Source of the DNA: Longimicrobiales bacterium | GTDB lineage: Bacteria; Gemmatimonadota; Gemmatimonadetes; Longimicrobiales; Gaopeijiaceae | DNA: 64,000 nt | Direction of reading: 5' to 3' | Assembly: GCA_041690395.1 (NCBI GenBank) | Contig: JAWLHJ010000003.1 | Span: 632,729-696,728 of the forward strand | In this document: positions 58,586 through 64,000 of the stretch, piece after piece | Numbering within the stretch: the first letter of the stretch is position 1 | How the letters are laid out: every line of letters begins with the position of its first letter | Position numbers and translations under genes: made by a program | The notes under the pieces: generated by a model | The model's database searches: none | Told to the model about the DNA's origin: nothing | What the model saw: the letters and a program-made list of their open reading frames with translations, nothing else

Positions 58586-59611
58586 ATGCACACGGCACGC
58601 AGATTCCTGGCCGCCGCCGGCCTTCTCGCCATGGCGGCATGCGCGGGCGCGGACGACACCGACGTCGTCAACGTATACTCGCACCGCCACTACGAGTCCG
58701 ACCAGATCCTGTTCGATCGCTTCACGGAGCTCACCGGGATCCAGGTCAACGTGGTGACGGCGTCGGCCGACGAGCTGATCACGCGGCTGGAGAACGAAGG
58801 CGAAGCCTCCCCCGCGGACATGCTGATCACCGTCGACGCGGGCCGGCTGCACCGCGCCAAGGAGCGGGGGCTCCTCCAGCCCGTCACGTCCGCCACGCTC
58901 GAAGCGAACGTGCCGGATCACCTGCGTGACAGGGACGGCCAGTGGTGGGGGCTGACGCAGCGCGCCCGGGTCCTCGCGTTCCACCGCGAGCGGGTCGACT
59001 CCACGACGCTCTCGACGTACGAGGCGCTTGCCGAGCCGGAATGGGACGACCGCGTGCTGATTCGTTCGTCGGAGAACGTCTACAACCAGTCGCTGATGGC
59101 GTCGATCATCGCGCACCACGGCGAGGAAGGCGCGACGGCCTGGGCCGAGGGCATGGTCGAGAACATGGCGCGGCAGCCGAGCGGCGGTGACACCGACCAG
59201 GTCACGGCCGTCGCCGCCGGCGCCGGGGACGTCGCGGTGGCGAACACGTACTACATCGCCCGCCTCGTCGAGTCCACCGATCCCGAGGAGCAGCGTATCG
59301 CGTCGCAGATCGGGGTCTTCTTCCCGAACCAGGGGGACCGCGGCACGCACGTGAACGTGAGCGGCGCCGGCGTTACCCGATACGCGGGCAACGTCGACAA
59401 CGCGGTCGCCCTCCTCGAGTTCCTGACCGGCGTCGAGGCCCAGGGCGTGTTCGCCGAGGCGAACCAGGAGTACCCGGTGCACCCCGACGTGCCCTGGTCG
59501 GCGACGCTCCAGAGCTGGGGCGACTTCCGCGCCGACACGCTCGACCTCACGGTGCTCGGTGAGTTGAACGACGCCGCGGTCCGCATCTTCGACCGCGCGG
59601 GATGGAGATAG
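58586..59611 (+). CDS. fbpA: Fe3+ ABC transporter substrate-binding lipoprotein (FbpA/FutA)
   Basis: Lipobox MAAC, VNVYSHRHY, SPAD..TVD, YNQS, NTYY, GTHVNVSG. Confidence 0.92.
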   Translation: MHTARRFLAAAGLLAMAACAGADDTDVVNVYSHRHYESDQILFDRFTELTGIQVNVVTASADELITRLENEGEASPADMLITVDAGRLHRAKERGLLQPVTSATLEANVPDHLRDRDGQWWGLTQRARVLAFHRERVDSTTLSTYEALAEPEWDDRVLIRSSENVYNQSLMASIIAHHGEEGATAWAEGMVENMARQPSGGDTDQVTAVAAGAGDVAVANTYYIARLVESTDPEEQRIASQIGVFFPNQGDRGTHVNVSGAGVTRYAGNVDNAVALLEFLTGVEAQGVFAEANQEYPVHPDVPWSATLQSWGDFRADTLDLTVLGELNDAAVRIFDRAGWR

Positions 59612-61248
59612 TCCTACCGCGCAACTGGCGGCTGGCCGTCCGGTCCCTTCCCTGGGGCTGGACGGCTCTGTCGTTGGTGCTGGTCTCGTTGCTGGCGATT
59701 CCCGTCATCACGATCCCGATCGGGGCTCTGGCCCCGGCGGGAGAATCGTGGGCGCATGTTTCGGAGACGCTCCTCCCTCGGTACCTCGGCAACACGCTCT
59801 TCCTCATCGCCGCCTCGGGTCTGATCGCCCTGGCGCTGGGCGCCGGGACGGCATGGCTCGTGGCGATGTGCGAGTTCCCGGGCCGCCGCCTCTTCCGGTG
59901 GGCCCTGGTGCTGCCGCTCGCGGTGCCGGCGTACATGGCCGCCTACGTCTACGCCGGGATGGTCAGCGTGACCGGACCCATCCAACGGACGATCCGGGCG
60001 GTGGTGCCCGGCGCGGGCGACACGCTGTTCTACTGGAACGTGATGCAGATCGAGGTCGTGGCGGTCATCTTCGGCCTCGTGCTCTTCCCCTACGTGTACC
60101 TGCCCGCGCGAGCGCTCCTGGAATCGCGGGCCGGCCCCACGCTCGAGGCCGCGCGGGTGCTCGGGCGCAGCCACGCTTCCGTCTTCTGGAGCGTGGGGCT
60201 CCCGCTGGCCCGTCCGGCGCTCGCGGGCGGAGTGGCGCTGGTGCTCATGGAGGTCGTGAACGACTACGGTGCCGTGAAGTATTTCGGGGTGCCGACCTTC
60301 ACCACTGGCATCTTCCGTGCGTGGTTCTCGCTTGGCGATCTGGACTCCGCGGTCCGGCTCTCGGCGATCCTGATGCTGGTCGTGCTCGCCATGCTCATCG
60401 TCGAGCGTTGGCAGCGGGGACAGGCGCGCTATGCGGCCCCCGGCTCGCCCGGAAGGGCCGCGCCGTACCCGCTCCGGGGAGCCAAGGGGCTCGCCGCGAT
60501 GCTGTTCTGCCTGCTGCCCATCGCCTTCGGCTTCCTGGTTCCCGTGCTGCAGCTGTTGCTGTGGGCCTTTCGTACCGCGCCCGACGTGGTGGATGGACGC
60601 TTCGTCAGGATGGCGGCCAACAGCCTCGGGCTCGCCGGGCTCGCCGGGCTCATCGCGGTCGCGGTGGCGCTGGTGCTGTCGTACACGAGCCGGCTCGACC
60701 GGACCGACATCACGCGGGCGGCTTCACGGGTGGCGCTGCTGGGGTACTCGGTCCCCGGCGCGGTGATCGCCGTGGGCGTTCTCACGGTGTCGATCTTCCT
60801 GGACGGCCTCCTGGGCGGAGGCGTCCGACTGGTTCTCACCGGGACGGCGGTCGCGTTGGTCGCGGCCTATGTCGTCCGCTTCCTGGCCGTCGCGTACCTC
60901 CCGGTCGAGGCGGGGCTGGAGCGCATCGGGACGAACCTCACGGAAGCGTCGCGCATGCTCGGGGCACGGCCTCTGCGAACACTTCTGCGTATCGAGGTGC
61001 CCTTGTTGAAGGGAACGCTGGTCGCGGCAGGGACCCTGGTCGTGATCGACGTGTTGAAGGAGTTGCCGCTCACCCTGATTCTGAGACCGTTCAACTTCGA
61101 CACGCTGGCGACGAGAGCCTTCCAGCTCGCGTCCGACGAGCAGCTCGCGGAGTCGGCACCAGCGGCGCTCCTGGTCATCTTCTGTGCGACCATCGTGGTC
61201 GCCTTCCTCCACCGCACTCTCGACGGGAAGCCCGAACTTGGTCGCTGA
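59602..61248 (+). CDS. fbpB: Fe3+ ABC transporter permease
   Basis: Duplicated permease with two EAA loops, PLAVPAY, KELP.TL.LRPFNF.TLA. Confidence 0.92.
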   Translation: MEIVLPRNWRLAVRSLPWGWTALSLVLVSLLAIPVITIPIGALAPAGESWAHVSETLLPRYLGNTLFLIAASGLIALALGAGTAWLVAMCEFPGRRLFRWALVLPLAVPAYMAAYVYAGMVSVTGPIQRTIRAVVPGAGDTLFYWNVMQIEVVAVIFGLVLFPYVYLPARALLESRAGPTLEAARVLGRSHASVFWSVGLPLARPALAGGVALVLMEVVNDYGAVKYFGVPTFTTGIFRAWFSLGDLDSAVRLSAILMLVVLAMLIVERWQRGQARYAAPGSPGRAAPYPLRGAKGLAAMLFCLLPIAFGFLVPVLQLLLWAFRTAPDVVDGRFVRMAANSLGLAGLAGLIAVAVALVLSYTSRLDRTDITRAASRVALLGYSVPGAVIAVGVLTVSIFLDGLLGGGVRLVLTGTAVALVAAYVVRFLAVAYLPVEAGLERIGTNLTEASRMLGARPLRTLLRIEVPLLKGTLVAAGTLVVIDVLKELPLTLILRPFNFDTLATRAFQLASDEQLAESAPAALLVIFCATIVVAFLHRTLDGKPELGR

Positions 61249-62062
61249 GGCCCCCAACGACACGCCATCGCCCCCCGCGCTCCGGCTCGAGGACGTCGGC
61301 AAGCGGTATCCGGGCGCCGATTGCGACGCGCTCAGAGGCGTGGACCTCGAGATCCGCGACCGGGAGCTCGTCGCGGTCGTCGGCCAGAGCGGATGCGGCA
61401 AGACAACGCTTCTTCGCATCATCGCCGGCCTCGAGGTGCCCGACAGCGGCACGGTCCGCATCGGTGGCGAAGTGGTCGCCGGCTCGGGCGTCTGGGTCGC
61501 TCCGGAGCATCGAGGCGTCGGCCTGGTGTTCCAGGACTTCGCGCTCTTCCCCCACCTCACGGTCGAGAAGAACATCGCGTACGGGCTGAGGGGCCTGCCC
61601 CGGGCCCGCCGGGCCGAGCAGACGGCCAAGATGCTCGAGCTCGTCGAGCTGGAGGGGCTGGGAGGGCGGTATCCCCATCAGCTCTCCGGAGGACAGCAGC
61701 AGCGGGTGGCGCTCGCCAGGGCGTTGGCACCGGAACCGAGCGTGCTCCTGCTCGACGAGCCGTTCAGCAACCTCGACGCCCCCTTGAAGGCGTCGCTCCG
61801 GGAAGGTCTCACCCGCGTCATCCGCCGCACCGGAGTCCCGACCCTGCTCGTGGTTCACGACGTCGAGGACGTCGTCGTGCTGGCGAACCGGGTCGCCGTG
61901 CTCAAGGACGGCCGGATCGTGCGGGAGGGTTCCCCGATCGGCCTGTGCCAGAACCCGGGCGACCCCTATGTGGCGCGCTTCTTCGAGCGGCTCCGTACGC
62001 CGGACGCGAACCGCTTCCCGATCGAGGCGATCGAGAAAGCCGCGGACCCGGTCGGGCGCTGA
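61238..62062 (+). CDS. fbpC: Fe3+ ABC transporter ATPase
   Basis: GQSGCGKTT, FQDFALFPHL, LSGGQQQR, LLLDEPF. Confidence 0.92.
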   Translation: MVAEAPNDTPSPPALRLEDVGKRYPGADCDALRGVDLEIRDRELVAVVGQSGCGKTTLLRIIAGLEVPDSGTVRIGGEVVAGSGVWVAPEHRGVGLVFQDFALFPHLTVEKNIAYGLRGLPRARRAEQTAKMLELVELEGLGGRYPHQLSGGQQQRVALARALAPEPSVLLLDEPFSNLDAPLKASLREGLTRVIRRTGVPTLLVVHDVEDVVVLANRVAVLKDGRIVREGSPIGLCQNPGDPYVARFFERLRTPDANRFPIEAIEKAADPVGR

Positions 62063-62080
62063 GCCGGACGGGCTACCGGC

Positions 62081-62878
62081 TCAGTACGTCCAGGTCAGCC
62101 CCGTTCGTAATCGTGCGTCCAGCGACGCCAGCCCGTCGGGCGGCCCACTGTCGTAGCGCATGTCGAACGAGACGGTCATCGCCAATCGGTCGTTCACCGG
62201 CGTCGCGAGGCTGAGGTCGTGCAGGACGCGCACGTCGCCCAGATCGTCGACGCGGGGCTGGATGTACGATGTCGAGGTGACGACGAGCTGGTCCGCCACG
62301 AGCCGGAACGACAGGAAGGTGCTCGAGCGTACGGCGGTGGTCTTGAGGGCGTGGCTGGCGGTGTCGGGGAGATCGAGGCGCTCGTCCTCGAGCATGAGCG
62401 ACATCCCCGCCCCGATCTCGCCCCACCGGCCGGCCGACACCGGCGTGCGTGCGCCTCCACCGACAATGGTCCGGAACTTCAGGAGCTGCGACCGGTCGTA
62501 GTTCGCCTGCGCGTACCACTCCGGCCAGATCCACGAGGAGTGCCGGTAGGTCCTCCGGTAGTGGAAGAGCCCCGACGACGAGAACCGGCTGCGCCCCACG
62601 AAGCCGATCCCGCCGTTGCCCACGATCATGGTCGTCACGGCCCCGTCCACCCGGTACACGCGTCCGCTGGTCCCGAGCTGGACGAAATCGGTATTCCCGG
62701 CCTGCGCCGACAGGTTCCCGTTGAGCGACCCCGAGATCCCTTCGGGCGGGGCCTCGCGGGACAGGGGCTGGACGTCCACCTGCGCGGCCGCCGGCGGGGG
62801 ACCCACCAGCACCGACATTGCGACGCAGACGACGAGCAGCCGCGCGACGGACGCGGCGAGGAAGGAGCGTTCGGGCAT
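62081..62878 (-). CDS. DUF481-like outer-membrane beta-barrel protein
   Basis: Signal peptide, 'GNTD', amphipathic strands, 'YDSGPP', C-terminal 'GLTWTY'. Confidence 0.75.
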   Translation of the reverse strand: MPERSFLAASVARLLVVCVAMSVLVGPPPAAAQVDVQPLSREAPPEGISGSLNGNLSAQAGNTDFVQLGTSGRVYRVDGAVTTMIVGNGGIGFVGRSRFSSSGLFHYRRTYRHSSWIWPEWYAQANYDRSQLLKFRTIVGGGARTPVSAGRWGEIGAGMSLMLEDERLDLPDTASHALKTTAVRSSTFLSFRLVADQLVVTSTSYIQPRVDDLGDVRVLHDLSLATPVNDRLAMTVSFDMRYDSGPPDGLASLDARLRTGLTWTY

Positions 62879-63052
62879 CGTTCGGAGGTCGTTCGGAGGA
62901 AGTGGCGGTGTCCGGCACCGGAACCGCGACGGGGTCTCAGACGGTAGCAAGGTCGAGGCTTCCGTCCACCCCCTCCTTGCCGCTCGGCGCCGAGCCACGG
63001 ACATTGGCCGGCACCATTCGGTCATCGCACGAACCCATCGCAGGAGTCGAAC

Positions 63053-63742
63053 GTGAAGAAGGTACTCCAGGCGCTCGCCGTCTTTTCCCTGATGCTCACG
63101 GCGCCCCTCGCGGCGCAGAGCGCGGACATGAGCTTCTTCATCACCAGCGAGGGGCCCGGCGACGGCGCCGACCTCGGCGGCCTGGCGGGCGCGGACCAGC
63201 ACTGCCAGGACCTCGCCTACGCGGCGGGCTTCGGCGACATCACCTGGCACGCCTACCTGAGCGCCGCCCCGGAGGGAGGGCAGCCGGCCGTGCACGCCCG
63301 TGACCGGATCGGGAGCGGCCCCTGGTACAACTACGCGGGCATGCTCGTCGCTCAGGACGTGACCGATCTCCACTCGGAGAACGCGAACCTCACCAAGGAG
63401 AGCATCCTGACGGAGCGCGGCTCGATGGTGAACGGCCGGGGCGACTCCCCCAACCAGCACGACATCCTGACGGGCTCGGACCTGGACGGCACGTTCTGGG
63501 ACGGCGAGGGACACACGGTGTGCGACAACTGGACGAGCAGCGGCGCCGAGGGCGGCGCGCGCGTGGGGCACCACGACCGTCAGGGCGGAGGCGACAACCC
63601 GGAGTCGTGGAACTCGGCGCACACCTCCCGCGGCTGCAGCCAGGAGAACCTCCAGGCCACGGGCGGGAACGGCTACTTCTACTGCTTCGCGGTCGACGCG
63701 CGATTCCAGCAGGGCGCGCGTTCCGAGGAAGGTGTCCGTTGA
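63053..63742 (+). CDS. Secreted endostatin/C-type-lectin-like protein
   Basis: Signal peptide, 'FFITS..GADLGGLAGADQHCQ', 'ARDRIG.GPW', 'HDILTGS', 'YFYCF'. Confidence 0.75.
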   Translation: MKKVLQALAVFSLMLTAPLAAQSADMSFFITSEGPGDGADLGGLAGADQHCQDLAYAAGFGDITWHAYLSAAPEGGQPAVHARDRIGSGPWYNYAGMLVAQDVTDLHSENANLTKESILTERGSMVNGRGDSPNQHDILTGSDLDGTFWDGEGHTVCDNWTSSGAEGGARVGHHDRQGGGDNPESWNSAHTSRGCSQENLQATGGNGYFYCFAVDARFQQGARSEEGVR

Positions 63743-64000
63743 GCGGCCGGGGAGCGGCCCGGCACGGGCGACGGAGTGGACGGCGGGCCGCGCCGGCGGC
63801 CGGAGCGCTCGGCGCCGGTGCCCTTGCCGTGATTCTGACCGTCGCGGCCGTGGTCGCCCTGCTCACTGTCGTGGCGCCTGCGTCCATCTCGGCGCAGGCT
63901 GTGGAGCGCGGCACGCCGGTCGGTGAGTGGAGGCAGTGGGGCGCGGACGACTACGGGACGCGCTACAGCCCGCTCGACCAGATCGACGCGAGCAACTTCG
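63739..64000 (+). CDS. PQQ-dependent dehydrogenase, N-terminus (truncated by the window end)
   Basis: TTG overlapping the previous stop, signal peptide, 'GEWRQWGADDYGTRYSPLDQIDASNF'. Confidence 0.75.
   Translation, partial: MSGRGAARHGRRSGRRAAPAAGALGAGALAVILTVAAVVALLTVVAPASISAQAVERGTPVGEWRQWGADDYGTRYSPLDQIDASNF

Overview
High-GC (~70%) bacterial chromosomal window. Gene order and protein style (yicC-gmk-rpoZ-coaBC-udg-dnaB, HU 'MTKADLVEQV..GPGITKKDC') suggest Gemmatimonadota; this is an inference. The first ~27.6 kb is mostly minus-strand housekeeping: M14 peptidase, tRNA-Asn, moaADE, ECF sigma module, HU, carA, rnhA, lipB, 2-oxoacid dehydrogenase E1/E2, secG, tpiA-pgk-gap, comF, aroE, PTP, tsaC, ispD, dnaB, udg, coaBC, rpoZ, gmk, yicC, OM protein, pepA. 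The rest is accessory or energy metabolism: a five-gene cytochrome b / FeS-flavoprotein / 19-heme / 16-heme / beta-barrel operon, an ImuB-like cassette with a candidate LexA box, a cNOR cluster (norCBQD, diheme NorC), a Na+-translocating decarboxylase (oadGAB), two-component systems, a divergent transketolase and an Fe3+ ABC transporter with a Fur box. Two findings stand out. (1) Upstream of tRNA-Asn lies a complete trp-style attenuator: a near-consensus sigma70 promoter, a leaderless 25-codon peptide with 8 Asn codons, and 1:2, 2:3 and 3:4 hairpins. It would let Asn-tRNA supply control transcription of the tRNA-Asn gene itself. (2) The five-gene operon looks like an NAD(P)H-linked electron conduit spanning the whole cell envelope. 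No CRISPR array, rRNA or mobile element was seen.
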